From contig OU015566.1 in assembly GCA_907165135.1 (NCBI GenBank), positions 10,168,001-10,232,000 on the forward strand: 64,000 nucleotides of DNA. Direction: 5' to 3'. The notes below the pieces were generated by a model. The model saw nothing but the letters and a program-made list of their open reading frames with translations. It did no database searches and had not been told where the DNA came from. Shown here piece after piece: positions 25,301 through 40,300 of this stretch. Source of the DNA: Oikopleura dioica (lineage: Eukaryota; Animalia; Chordata). Numbering within the stretch: position 1 is the stretch's first letter; every line of letters begins with the position of its first letter. Both the position numbers and the translations under genes were made by a program.

Positions 25301-28300
25301 ACAATTGAGACCATCTCCCTCAAAGCCATCTGGACACAGGCACGAGTAAGAGCCGATAGTATTCGTGCAAATAGCATATTGATGGCACTCATGATCGAAA
25401 GATTGACATTCATCAAGATCTTCGCATCTTCCATTCTTAAATTCCTGACCTTCTCCACAATCGCAAATATAAGAACCAGGGCTGTTGACACAAACAGAGT
25501 CGAAACTGCACTCGTCGTAGCCAATCTCACATTCATTTAGGTCTGAACAGGTCACACCATCGCCATAGAATCCTTCGATGCAAGAGCACGTAAAGCTTCC
25601 GTCAGTATTTCTGCAAATAGATCCTTCAGAAGCGCAGTTATGAGTTCCAGTAGAGCATTCGTCAATATCAGCACAGTTAACACCGTTGCCTTCGTAGCCA
25701 GCGTCACAGCTGCACTCATAGCTTCCATCTGTGTTCGAACATGTTGCTCGATAATGGCAGCTTGCAATGCCATAAGCACACTCATCAATATCTTCACAAG
25801 TCATTGCTTTTCCAAGTTTGTATCCTGAGCTGCAGACGCATTTATAGCTGCTGATGGTGTTTAGGCAAATTTCATTGTCACCGGTGCATTTGTTTCCACC
25901 AAGGCATTCGTCAATGTCTTCACATTGATCACCAGCAAAACCACTCAAACAATCACATGTAAATGAGCCTTCAGTATTTCTACAGACACCATTCGATGGA
26001 CAGATTGTTTCTGTCGTCATACACTCGTTGATATCAGAGCAATGAGTTCCTGAACCAGAGAAGCCGCTGTTGCAAGAGCAGGAATAAGAGCCGAAAGTGT
26101 TCGTACAAGTCGCATCCGCATGGCATTCGTTAATTCCGGAACATTCATCAATATCGACACAGTCACCATTCTTGCTTTCGAAGCCAGTGTTACAGATGCA
26201 GTTGTATCCTCCTTTAGTATTCTGGCACCTCTCAGTAGCAAGATCGCATTCATGTGTGTCCTTCTTGCACTCGTTGATATCTTGGCAATAAGTTCCAGAG
26301 CCCTCGAATCCGTCAGAGCATTCGCACTTGAAGGATCCAGGAAGGTTAACGCAAGTTGCATCAGAGTCGCAATTGTCGATTCCAACAGCACATTCATCGT
26401 TATCAACGCAATCTCCATCAGAATTTTTGACGAAGCCGTGTTTACAAGTGCACTTGTAGGTACCAACTCGATTAAAGCAATCAGAATTGTCGCCACAGAT
26501 AGATGCATCTTCACATTCATTGATGTCAACACATATACCATCATTGTCAACGAAGCCATCATCACAGCCACAGACAAAGGAACCATCTGTATTTGTACAT
26601 CCAGCGTTAATATCACAATAATGTATGCCACTGATGCACTCGTCGATATCCTCGCATGACTTGCCGCTGTCGCCAAAGAATCCAGGTTTGCACTGGCAGG
26701 TGAAGCTTCCGTCAGTATTCTCACAAGAGGCATTTTCAGAGCAGTCATGGGCATCATTAGCACACTCGTCAATATCAACACACTCTCCATCATTCATTTT
26801 GTAACCGTTGTCGCAGAGACACTCGAAAGTTGATGGCAGATTGTTACAAGTCGATTGAGCAGGGCATCCGTGAGTACCATCTCGGCACTCGTCGATATCG
26901 AAACATTTCTTGCCGTTTCCGAATGAACCATCAGGGCACGTACACTTGAATCCTCCTTCAGAATTGACACAATCAGCTGTTGAATCGCATGGGTTGTCAG
27001 TAGCACATTCATCAATGTCTACACAGACTCCATCAACCATTTCAAAGCCAGATTTACAGTCGCAGATCTCATCACTGCCTTTCTTGTAGCAATAAGCGTT
27101 ATCACCACAGTCCGTCTTTTTGCACTTCTTTTAGGTGCACAGTAAAATCCGTTTCCTTTGTGTCCGGCGAAACAGTCACACTGATAAGCTCCTTTGTTAT
27201 TGGAACAGTAACCGAGGTCGCTGCATTTATGAGCTCCGAGCATACATTCGTCTTCATCCATACAGTTGAATCCGTCACCAGTGAACCCCTCATTGCAGAA
27301 GCACTTATAGCTGCCTTGAGTGTTCAAGCATCGGCTATTTTTATGACAGCTATCGATTTTCTCCGCGCACTCGTTGATATCAACACACATGAATCCATCG
27401 CCAGAGTAGCCAGATTTACATTCGCACTCATAGCTGCCGTCAGTATTGAGGCATTTAGAGTCTTGCGAGCATTGATGAGTTCCAAGAGCGCACTCGTTGA
27501 TATCGGAACAGGTGAATCCGTCTCCAGTGTAGCCACTGCCGCAGCGACAGTCAAATCCTCCGTTGTTATTGACACAGTCTGCTGACGGGGCGCAGAAATC
27601 AATGCCGACAGAGCACTCGTTCACATCAACACAAGATCGCCCATCACCAACGTATCCGTTAGTGCAGCTGCATGAAAATCCTCCAAATTCATTCAGGCAT
27701 CGGCTACCAATCACAGCGCAATTATGAATACCAAGAGCACACTCATCAATATCCTGGCATGAATAACCATTTCCTCGAAGGCCTCGTTTGCAGTTACAGA
27801 TGTAGTTGCCAACAGTATTTATGCATTCTGCTTCAGGGTGGCATTTATGCTGAGACGTGCTGCACTCATCTTGATCTTTGCATTTACCATCAACCATAAT
27901 GTATCCGGAGACGCAAATGCACGCGTAGCTACCGTCAGTGTTTTTGCAAATGCTATTTTTGCCACAGATATTTTTATCTTGTGAGCACTCATTAATATCC
28001 ATGCATTCGCCTGAAACAGACTCGTATCCCGCAGAACACGAGCATTCATAAGATCCAGGAGTGTTGGTACAGTCTGAATTGTCGCCACATGGATTGTTAG
28101 CGCACTCATCAATGTCATCACAATTTTTAAACCCATCACCTTCGTATCCGTCTGGACACTTGCATTTATAATATCCGTCTCTATTTTTGCACTGAGCAAG
28201 TTTATGACACGAATCTTCTTCTTCGCATTCATCGATGTCAACACATTTCGAGTCGACAAGCTCATGACCTTCTTCGCAAGTGAGTTCAAATCCTCCGAGT

Positions 28301-31300
28301 CTATTTTCACAACTTCCACCTTTTGAATGACAAGATCGTCCGCCTGACATTCGTTGAAATCAGCGCAAACGAACCCGTTTCCGACAAATCCATCTTTGCA
28401 GGCGCAAGAAAAGCTTCCTTCTGTATTCTCGCAAGAAGCATTTTCGTGACAAGAGTTAACAAGTGAGCACTCATTGATATCGGCACAAGTGAAACCCGAG
28501 CCCTCAAAGCCTTCATTGCACATGCAGTCGTAAGATCCATCTGTATTAGCGCAAGAAGCGTTCTTATCACACTCATGGCTTCCATCAGAGCATTCATTAT
28601 TATCGACACAGATTTGACCGTTTCCTTGGAATCCTTGTTCGCACTTGCACTTAAACGATCCTTCAGTATTTTTGCACTTCGCATTCTCGTCACAATTGTG
28701 AGAGCCATTTTTGCATTCGTCGACGTCGCGACATTTACCCTTCTTGTCCATTTCAAGACCGTCAACGCATCTGCATTCGAAATCCTTATCGTTCAAATCG
28801 ACGCAATATGCGGATTTATGACAATCAGCCTTTTTGGTCGCACACTTTCCAGTTGGTTTGCACTTGGTTACTCCATCGCCAGAGTATCCGACGAGACAAG
28901 AGCAAGAATAAGAACCGATGGTATTAGTACACTGAGCAAACTCAGCGCATGGATTTTCATCGCATTCATTGACATCAACGCAGAAATCACCATCATTTCC
29001 ACTGTCGGCAAAGCCGTCTTTACACGTGCACTTGAAGGAGCCTTCAGTATTTGTACAGATAGATTGGCCAGAACAAGCATCTTCAAGGCATTCGTTGACG
29101 TCGACACAGCTAAAGCCATCACCACTGTAACCAGTATCGCACTCGCATCTGTAATTTCCAGAAGTGTTGATACAGTTTGCATTAGCAGAGCATTCATTAT
29201 CACCGGAAACACACTCGTCGATGTCAGCGCAGTCAATACCGTTACCGGCGAAACCATCCGAGCAAGAGCAAATGAAAGAGCCGCTTGTATTCTCACAATT
29301 TGCATTGTTGCCACATGGATGAGAGTCACACTCGTCGATGTCAATGCATTCTCCGCTAATCATTGAGAAGCCCTCAGAGCAACTGCACGAGAAACCGCCA
29401 AAGAGGTTCGTACATTCCTGGTTGTTTCCACATACAAATGGCATTAAACATTCGTTGATGTCGTCACAGGATTTTCCATCGCCTGAAAGGCCAGAATCGC
29501 ACGTGCATTTGAAAGAACCGAAAGTGTTAACACAATCAGCATTTCCGTCACATAAATTAGAGATGTCACATTCATTGATATCCGTGCAAGAACCGTCAAT
29601 CATCTCGAATCCAGCTTCACACGTGCATTCGTAAGATCCCTCGGTATTTCGGCAGTTTGCAAAGAGACCACAAACATCAGCATCTTCAACACACTCGTTG
29701 ATATCATCGCAGTTAGCTCCAGCGTATCCAGCAAGGCATTCACAGTTGTACGATCCTTCGCTATTAATACATCTCTCACGATTAGAGCAAGTATTAACAT
29801 CAATACATTCGTTGATGTCATTGCATTGTTGACCATCTCCGGCGTAACCATCTTTGCACCTGCATTTAAAGCTACCGTATTTTTCATCTTGCAATCAGCG
29901 TTAGAATCGCAGTCATGATTGCCAGTGTTGCAAAGATCTTCAAGCTCACATCCGCTTCCAAAGTCTCGGAATCCGTCGACACAGTCGCACTCGAAAGAGC
30001 CTTCAACGTTCGAACACATACTGTCATTGCCGCAGACATTGTCGATCGCGCATTCATCGATATCAACACAAGCGTTGTCTTGTTTCTCGAATCCAGGAGG
30101 GCAGAAACATTCGAATGAGCCAATATTGTTGACACAGTAAGCTTTGTAACCACACTGAGAGTTTTCACATTCGTTGATATCCTGGCAATATCCGTTGTTG
30201 TCCTCGTAACCGATGACACACGCACAAGTGTAGCTTCCTGGGGTGTTTTTGCACACGCTATTGACACCGCAGAAGAGCTCAGACTTAGCACACTCATCAA
30301 CATCCTCGCAAGAACCGTCATTGTTTTCGATAAATCCTTGGGCACAGACACAATCGTAGCTTCCGAAAGTATCAGCGCAAACTTCGTTATCGCCACAAAC
30401 ACTATCATTTTCTCTACATTCATCGACATTATAACAATTGAATCCGTCTCCGGTAAAACCGTCGGTGCAAGTGCAATCGTAGCTTCCGGCAACGTTGGAG
30501 CAATCCGCATATTTGCTGCAAATGTTTTCACCGGCACATTCATTGATGTCCTTGCATTTCTCACCATCACTTTCGAATCCGGTTTTGCAAGTGCAGTCAA
30601 AGGATCCGATTGAATTAGAGCAGACTGCGTGTGCTTGGCAAGCATTCTCTTCAGAGCATTCGTCAACATCTTCGCAGGTAACTCCGTCACCCGAATAACC
30701 CTTTTTACAGACGCATTTGAAACTTCCTTCAGTATTCTCGCATTTCGCGTTTTCATCACAGTTGTCTGTTTGAGCATTACATTCATCAATGTCAAAGCAC
30801 TGTAGTCCATTACCGCCATAGCCATCAGAACAAGAGCAAACAAACGAGCCGACTGTATTTTTACAAGAAGCATTGCTGTCGCAAGGATCTTCAGAACACT
30901 CATCGACATCTTCGCAGTTTTCACCGCCATAGCCAGGATGGCAATTGCAATTATAAGATCCGGAATTATTCTCGCAACTGGCGTTTTCTGTGCAGGAGTC
31001 AAGTCCAAGTGCACATTCGTCGATATCTGCACATGAGCTGCCTTCTTTTCTAAATCCAGATGGACAGACGCATGTAAATCCTCCGTCAGTATTACTGCAA
31101 ACTAAATCACCGGTGCAGTTATCCTCTTGAGTTGAACACTCGTCGATATCATCACATTCATCGCCTGCGTATCCATTTCTGCAGGAGCAGACAAATGATC
31201 CTTGGATATTTTCACAATCTGCATGCATGGGGCAACTGCTATCAACTGCGCATTCATCGATATCTTCGCAAGCGTATCCGTCGCCAGTAAAACCAGCATT

Positions 31301-34300
31301 ACAGGAACAAGAGTAACCACCAGACGTATTTGAACAAGCTCCATTAGACGAGCATTTATGAGTACCATCATCACACTCATTAACATCCACGCAATCACTA
31401 TTTGAAAGAGTGTAGCCATCGTGACAAATGCACTCGATATTTCCATCGATTTCGGAGGCATCCGAATGTGTTGGACACTCAAGAACAGCTCTGTTGGAAG
31501 CAGCGGGATTAACACAGGAGCCGTCGATTTTCTGCCAGTAGTCCTTGCAGACACACTTTGACCCACCTGCGAAATTTACACATTTTTCGCCAGATGCGCA
31601 TTCCGATAGACCAAGAGCGCACTCATCGATGTCGATGCAGATTTCTCCGTCTTTTCTGAATCCTGGGATGCACTCACATGAAAAGATCCGATTGTATTTG
31701 AACAGACTGATTGGGGAACGAGAGAACATGGCTGATCGACAATGCATTCGTTAATATCAGCGCAGATGCCGTTCACTCTCTTGAAGCCAGCTTTACAGCT
31801 GCAAGAAAAGCTGCCAACTGTATTTTCACAGTTTTCTCGAACCTTGCAGTCAGCAAAACCTTCGTCACACTCATTGATATCTTGACATACTCCAGCGATC
31901 ATTTCGAAGCCAGCATCACAGCTGCAGTCGAAGGATCCAACAGTATTAGTACACACGCTATTATCTGGGCAAGCATCAGCTAGAGAGCACTCGTCAATAT
32001 CTGAACATGTCAATCCATTTCCAGTGAACCCTGGTTTACAAGCACACTCAAATCCAGGGCTTGTATTTTTACAAATAGCCTTGGCGTCACATGGATTCTC
32101 TTCGCACTCATTGATGTCGACACATTCTATTCCATTTCCAATAGTTCCATCGGGGCAAATGCAGTCATGTGATCCAGGAGTATTGAAACAATCATTCCCG
32201 TTGCAGATATTTTCGATCTTGCATTCGTCAATATCGGTACATTTTCCATCGACGAGCTCGTATCCGTCAACGCAGGAGCACTCGTAGGATCCAACCGTAT
32301 CGGAACAGATGCTATTTGATCCACAGATATTTTTTGGAGAGCACACTCGTTAACGTTGTCACAAGATTGTCCATTGCCAATGAAACCACTCATGCAGGTG
32401 CAAGAGAAAGAACCTGGAGAATTGTTACAGACAGCGTTTGGACTACAGTCACTTTGTGCTTCGTCACACTCATCAATGTCGATACACTGAAGAGCGCCAA
32501 GTTTTTGGTATCCATCATCGCACTGGCAGTCATATCCACCAGCAGTATTGACACACTGAGAATTCTCGCCACATTTGTTTTGCCCGTTCTCACACTCGTT
32601 TATGTCCTCGCAGTAAACGCCATTACCGGAGAATCCATCATCACAAAGACACGAATATGAACCCGCGGAATTCGTGCAGCTAGCATGAGCCGAGCAGGGG
32701 TTGTTCTCACACTCATTGATGTCGTTACATTTTCCGTCATCGAGGACAAAACCATCTTTGCAGATGCACTCATAACTACCGGGCATGTTCAAGCAATTAG
32801 AGTTATCTTGGCATGTTGATGAATCCGTACACTCGTCAATATCCGAGCAAGAAACGCCATCTCCTTGATAGCCATCGTTACATTTGCACGAGTATGATCC
32901 ATTATCGTTAATGCAGTTTGCATTTTCATGACAGTTGTTGACTCCCTTGCATTCATCAATGTCATTGCAGACTCCGTCAATTTCTTCAAATCCTTTCGCA
33001 CATTGGCAGAAATAGCTACCTTTTGTGTTTTGGCAGTCGAAGTTTTTGCCGCAGTCACTTGTTTTAGTCGAGCATTCATCGATATCATTGCAGAAAAAGC
33101 CGTCACCTTCAAGTCCTGGAAGACAAGAACATTCATATCCTCCCTGAAGATTATTGCAAGAAGCCATTTGGGAGCATGAGTTTTCTCCAGATTCACATTC
33201 GTCAATATCAGTACATATTTCGCCTGAACCGGCATAGCCTGATCTGCAGTTACATTCGTATCCACCGTTAGTATTCACACAGGCAGCATTGACATCACAT
33301 CGATGATCGCCGTTACTACATTCGTCAATATCTCTGCACTGATCACCAGTTTCCATGAATCCAGGTTTGCAGTGACAAATGTACGAGCCGAAAGTATTAT
33401 GGCAGTCTCTCTGGCCACAGATACTACCGTTGCCACATTCATTGATGTCGGTGCAGTGTTGCCCGTCACCGGTAAAACCATCTCTGCAGGTACACGAATA
33501 TGAACCAACTGAATTTGTGCAAGAAGCGTTTTCATCACAAGGATCAAACGTGCATTCGTCGACATCGAGGCAATTTTTACCATCGCCATCGAATCCAGAT
33601 TTGCATTGGCAGCTGTAAGATCCGTCAAAGTTCTGGCACTCCGCATTTTTATGACAAGAATTTTTTCCAGTAGCACACTCGTTTATATCGGTACAGAAAG
33701 TTCCGTCACCAGAGTAGCCATCTTTGCAGGTGCACTTATGACCACCGAAAGTATTCTCGCAGTCAGCATTGAAATCGCAACTGTGAGTGTCAAGCAGGCA
33801 CTCATTCTGGTCCATGCAGACAAACCCGTCGCCACTGAATCCATCTTTGCAGATGCAATCATATGTTCCAGCGGTATTGAAGCAATCAGATTTTTCGTGA
33901 CAATTGTGTCTGTTGGATTCGCACTCGTTAACATCTTGACAAACTTTTCCATCGCCAGAGTATCCCAATTTACATTGACATGCATACGAGCCAAGGGTAT
34001 TTAGACAGTTGGCATTTTTGTCGCAGCTGTCAGTTCCTGCTTGGCATTCGTCAATGTCGATACATTTTCCGGAAGAAGACATTCTGAAGCCAGAATCGCA
34101 AATGCACTCATGACTTCCGATAGTGTTTTTGCATGTCGCATGCGATCCACAAGTCGATGGAGAAGCGCATTCATTAATATCAACGCAAGAAAGCCCGTTT
34201 CCAGAGTATCCAGAATTGCACTTGCAGCTAAAAGAGCCTTCCAAATCGGTGCACTTCGCATTCGTATGACAGTCGTCTAAGTTCAAAGCGCATTCGTTGA

Positions 34301-37300
34301 CATTGTCGCAGCTCTTTCCGTCACCGACAAAGCCAGATTTGCAAGTACAGGTGAATGATCCCTGAGAATTGTCGCAGGTAGCGTGCTCGGAACAATCATG
34401 TAGACCCATTTTGCACTCATCTTTGTCATCGCAACTGTACGAGCCAAAAGTATTGAAACACGCAACATCGCAATCATGGGTGCCGCTGCTACATTCATCA
34501 ACATCTCTGCAATTTTCAGGATTTCCGAAGAATCCCTCAGAACATTCGCATTTAAATGATCCATCTGTGTTGACACAAGATGTAAGTTTCTGACAGTTAT
34601 GTGAGCCCTGAAGACATTCATCATCATCAAAACAGCTGAGTCCACTTCCATCGTATCCTTCGTTACAGGAACAAGTGAAACTGCCTACGGTATTAGAACA
34701 GGATGCGTTTTCATCGCATAAATTAGCGTCGCATTCGTTGATATCCGAGCATTCGATTCCGTCTCCTTCAAAGCCGTCCATGCAGTCGCACTCAAACGAA
34801 CCGTGAATATTGATGCACTCTGCATTTGCCGCGCAATTATTTTCACCAGTAGCGCACTCATTGACGTCAGAGCACATGAATCCATTTCCTTCAAAGCCAG
34901 CTGAGCAAGAGCAGTAATATGATCCGATAGAGTTCTCACAAGAAGCGTCTGGGCTGCATTCGTGAGTTAGAGCTTCGCACTCATTTGTGTCTCTGCAAGT
35001 GAAACCGTCACCAGTGTAGCCGGATTTGCAAGTACAGGTATGAGACCCATCAGTATTATCACAATTTGCCTTGTCGCTGCATTCATGTGATCCAGTGGTG
35101 CATTCATTGATGTCAACGCATTTGCCGTTTTTCTTTTCGTAACCGCCAAGACAAGCGCATTCGTAAGACCCAACAGTATTGACGCAGTCAGAGTTTTTGG
35201 GACAGAAAAATGAATTGATGCTGCATTCGTCAATATCCGAGCAAACCTTTCCATCTCCTTTATAGCCAGCTTTGCAAGAACATGAGTAGGAACCAAAAGT
35301 ATTGAGGCACATAGCATCCTCGTGACAGACATCAACTTCAGTGTCACACTCGTTGACGTCCGAGCAACTCTGGCCATTCCCATCAAAGCCCGCGTTACAA
35401 GTACAGACGTACGACCCAGAAGTATCCGAGCACGTCGCATCAGCATGGCAATCGTGTTCGCCCGTGATACACTCGTTGATGTTGTTACAGATTTTGCCAC
35501 TTCCAGAATAACCGGCTTGACATTGGCAACTGTATGATCCTCCGTTGTTGATACAATCAGCGACTTCATCACATCTGTGTGTACCATCAGTACATTCGTT
35601 ATTATCAACGCAGGTCTTTCCATCGCCAGAATATCCATTTAAGCAAGAGCATGTAAAGCCTCCTTGTTATTAATACATCTGGCATTGTCGTCACAATTGT
35701 GTTTTCTAATATCAGTCTGAATACACTCATCGATATCCTTGCACTCGTATCCGTTGCCCATGTAACCAGAGTTGCAGTGGCAGAAATAAGAACCGTCTGT
35801 ATTGTCACAAGTTGCATCTGCAGAACATGGCGAAAACTGGCATTCATCAATATCTGAGCATGAGAAACCATCACCTTCATAGCCAGTGGGACAAGAACAG
35901 CTATAGCTTCCGATTGTGTTCGTAAATCTTGCGACGGCGTGGCAATTATCAAGTCCTTCGGAGCGCTCGTTAATGTCATCGCATTCAATTCCATCGCCTC
36001 TGAACCCAGTTTTGCAACTGCATTCAAAAGAACCAACAGTGTTTTTACAATCCGCTGAGGCATGGCAATTATCTGTATTCGCAGTGCATTCGTCAATATC
36101 TCGACAAGTTTTTCCATTTCCGCTGAAGCCTTCGTTACAAGAACACACAAATCCAGGAGAACTGTTAGTACAAGATGCGTTACTGTCACAATCATGATCG
36201 CCAGTATTACATTCGTTGATATCAGCACAGTTTTGACCATCTCCCTCGAAGCCATCATCGCAAGAGCAGCTGTAACTTCCATCAAGATCAGTGCAAATGG
36301 CATTATTGCCACAGACCTTTGCCTTCAAGCATTCATTGATGTTATTACAGGTTTCGCCGTCACCAGAATAACCGTTGTTACAGGTGCAGGTGAAGCCCCC
36401 GTAAGTATTCATGCAAGAAGCATTTTCATGACAATTATTAGTTCCTTCGAGACATTCATTGACATCGACGCACTTATCTCCATTCATCACAAATCCCTCA
36501 TTACAAATGCAGTCGTAAGAACCCTTTGTATTAACACAGGATGAATTTTCGTCGCAGTTATCTTGCTTGTACATACACTCGTCAATATCGAGGCAATCTC
36601 CTGCTGCACGAAGGAGTCCATATTTGAAGAAGCCAGGCTTACATTTGCAATTGTAGCCGCCTTTTTCATTCACACAGATTGAATTTCTTCCACAATTATG
36701 CATTGAACCAGCGCACTCGTCGACATCATCACAAGTCTCACCGTCGCCTTTGAACCCTGGAAGGCAAATGCATTCGTAAGAGCCAAGGGAGTTCATACAT
36801 CTAGCATTTTTATCACACGAATTTGTGTTTTGTGCACACTCGTCCACATCAGAACACGTTTTTCCGTCTCCAATGAAACCTGGTCGGCAGCTGCAAGAGT
36901 AGCTTCCAACTGTATTTTTACAGTTCGCGTTTCGACTGCAGACGTCAGATTTAGTGCACTCGTTTATATCCACACATGAAGAACTGGAACTATCGAATGA
37001 AAAGCCCTTGTTGCACTCGCAGTTAAAAGAACCGATTGTATTCAAGCAAGTACTGTTTTCCATGCAGTCATGCGATCCAGTGGAGCACTCATCAATGTCG
37101 GAGCATGTTTTGCCATTTCCAGTGAATCCATTTTTACAAGAGCAAGCATAGGAAAATATGCTGTTAGTGCAAAGAGCATTTTTGTCGCAGCTTGTAGAAG
37201 TCTGGCACTCGTCGATATCTTCACAGATGACACCGTTTCCTTGAGATCCAGCTCTGCAGCTACAAGTGTGACTTCCTTTAGTATTCTTGCAATTCGCATG

Positions 37301-40300
37301 TTCGTGACATTTGTGAGTTCCCATGGAACATTCGTTAATATCGACACAAGTTTGCCCGTCTCCACTAAAACCTGGCTTACAGGTGCACTTATAAGAAGCA
37401 TCATCGTTTGAACAAGTCGCATCCTGCGAGCAAGAATGAGTTCCGCGAGCGCATTCATTAATGTCGGTACATATTTCGCCATTCCCATCAAAACCAGCAA
37501 AACACTTGCAACTATAACTGCCATTGTTATTAATACATTCAGCATTTTTATGGCAAGTATGCGCTCCAGTGGAACACTCGTCAATATCGATGCAGGATTT
37601 TCCGTCACCCATATAACCTTCGTTACAATCACAGACGTAGCTGCCAATTGTGTTGGCACAAGATGCCATTTTCGAGCATGGACTTGAGGAGCACTCGTCA
37701 ATGTCACTGCATTCAAAACCGGTTTGACCATAGAAACCAGCGTTACACGAACATGTGTAAGATCCAATGGTATTGGAGCAAGATGCATTTTCGTCGCAGT
37801 TATGATTCTCATTCAAGCATTCATCGACATCCGTACATTGGCGTCCGTTTCCACTGTAGCCCTCGTTACAAGTGCAGGTGTAGCTGCCAACATTGTTGGA
37901 GCAGAATGCATTATCGCTGCACATATCGTTGTTTGTTGCACATTCGTTGATATCAACACAATTTTGTCCATTTCCAGCATAGCCTTGGTTGCAAGAGCAT
38001 GTGAAAGAGCCTTCGGAGTTGGAACAAGTTGCGTCTTTTGAGCATGGGTAGATTCTTCCTTCGCATTCGTTGATGTCAACACAGTATGAACCATCGCCTT
38101 CAAAACCGTTCTTACAAGTGCATTGATATCCGCCATCGAAGTTGTCGCATTTTGCATTAATATCGCACATATCAAGCTGACACTCATTTACATCTTTACA
38201 CAATTCGCCGTCGCCTGTGAATCCATCTTCACATCGGCAAACGTAAGATCCATCAGTATTCGTGCAGTAAGCGTTGTCACCGCAATCATTCTCTCCTTCG
38301 CATTCATCGACATCTTCGCATGTTTCGCCATCACCTGAGTAACCAGAATTGCAAGTACAAGAGTACGAGCCGGGAAGATTCTTGCACGTAGCGTCTTCTG
38401 AGCAAGTAAATTCGTCATCACACTCGTTGACGTCGTTGCACTGGACTCCATTTCCAATCCATCCGTCTTTGCAGATGCAATCAAAGGAGCCTTTAACATT
38501 GAGGCATTCGCCATTGATGCTACAATAGTGGTCGCCCGTCTCGCACTCGTTGAGGTCAACACATTTACCATTCTCGTCGAAAACATAGCCAATAAGACAC
38601 TCACATTCGTAAGAACCAATGGTATTTTCGCAAGCAGCGCTCTTACCGCATGGTTTGTCTTCACACTCATTGATATCATTACACTTATTGCCATCTTGAG
38701 TGAAGCCCTCTAAGCATGAACAAGTATATGATCCTTGAGTATCTGTACAGATTGATCCAACACTGCCGCAGGGTTTCGCGAGACACTCATTTATATTCGA
38801 GCAGACACCGTTATTGTCTTTAAATCCAGGTTTACAAGAGCAGCTGTATGAGCCGACGACATTTTCACATCTGGTATTAGCTCCACAAGGATTTTTCAAA
38901 CACTCGTTGATGTCCTCGCAGATTCCATTAGACTTTTCAAATCCTTCATTGCAACTGCATGAGAAAGAACCGATTGTATTGGTACAGAAGCTGTTCTCAG
39001 AACATGGCGAAGAAGCACATTCATCGATGTCTTCGCAGCTATATCCATTGCCTTCAAATCCGTCAAGACATGAGCAAGAGTAGGATCCTGGCTTGTTTTG
39101 GCATTGAGCATTTGCATGACAAGAGTCAATGCCAGCCAAGCATTCGTCAATATCCACGCATTGGCCGTTAACCTTTTTGTATCCAGAAAGACAGACGCAT
39201 TCATAAGAACCTTGCTTATTTGAGCAGCTGGAATTGACTCCGCAGATTCCAGCTTGAGCGCATTCATCAATATCTTGGCATGATTTTCCATCTCCTTCGA
39301 AACCATCATTACAGGAACAAACAAACGAGCCATAAGTATTCTTGCAAGAAGCTTTGGCATGACAGTTTTCATGCGTGAGACATTCATTCTCGTCCTCACA
39401 TGAGAAGCCGTCTCCGATGAAACCTTCGTTGCAACTGCAAGTGTAACTACCGACGGTGTTCTGGCAAGTTGACTCCAAGTGGCATGTATTCGCTCCCGTG
39501 GCGCACTCATTCACGTCATTGCAAAGGAAGCCGTTTCCGGTGAATCCATCATTACAGATGCAAGAAAATGATCCTATTGTGTTGACACATTTGCTATTCT
39601 CTGAACACTTTGCGCTCTGGTCTTGGCACTCATCAATGTCAGAACATTGAAGGCCATTGCCAATGAAACCTTCTTTGCAGGTGCATTCAAATGAACCTTC
39701 GGTGTTGATGCAGTTTCCATTGCTGGAGCAGTTATGCGTTCCAAGTGCGCACTCGTCTTCATCCCGACAGAAAAGACCAGTTCCGCTGTATCCGGTGTTA
39801 CATGTGCAGGAATATCCTCCTTCGACGTTATCGCAAGTGGCGTGTTTGTGGCAATTACTTGTTTCAAGAACACATTCGTTCACATCTACGCAATCAAATC
39901 CATCGCCAGTGAAGCCATCAAAGCACTCACAAGTGAATGAGCCCTGAGTATCCATACATTTAGCTCGAAGAGCGCATGGTTTTGGAGACATTCGTTAATA
40001 TTTGAACACGCAGTTCCATCTCCCTTGTATCCACTGTTACATGTACACTCAAAGCTTCCGACTGTATTTGAACAAGTTCCAAAGATGGAGCAGGTATGGC
40101 TCCCTGCCTGACATTCATCGACATCTTCGCATGTTTGACCATCGCCAGCGAATCCTGAATTACAGGTGCATTGAAATCCGCCCTCTGTATTGAAACAAGT
40201 TGCGTTTTCATCGCATCTGTCAGCATCTTCACATTCATTGATGTCAGTACAAGTGAACCCATCGCCGAAGAATCCTGATTTGCAGTCGCATTTATAATCG

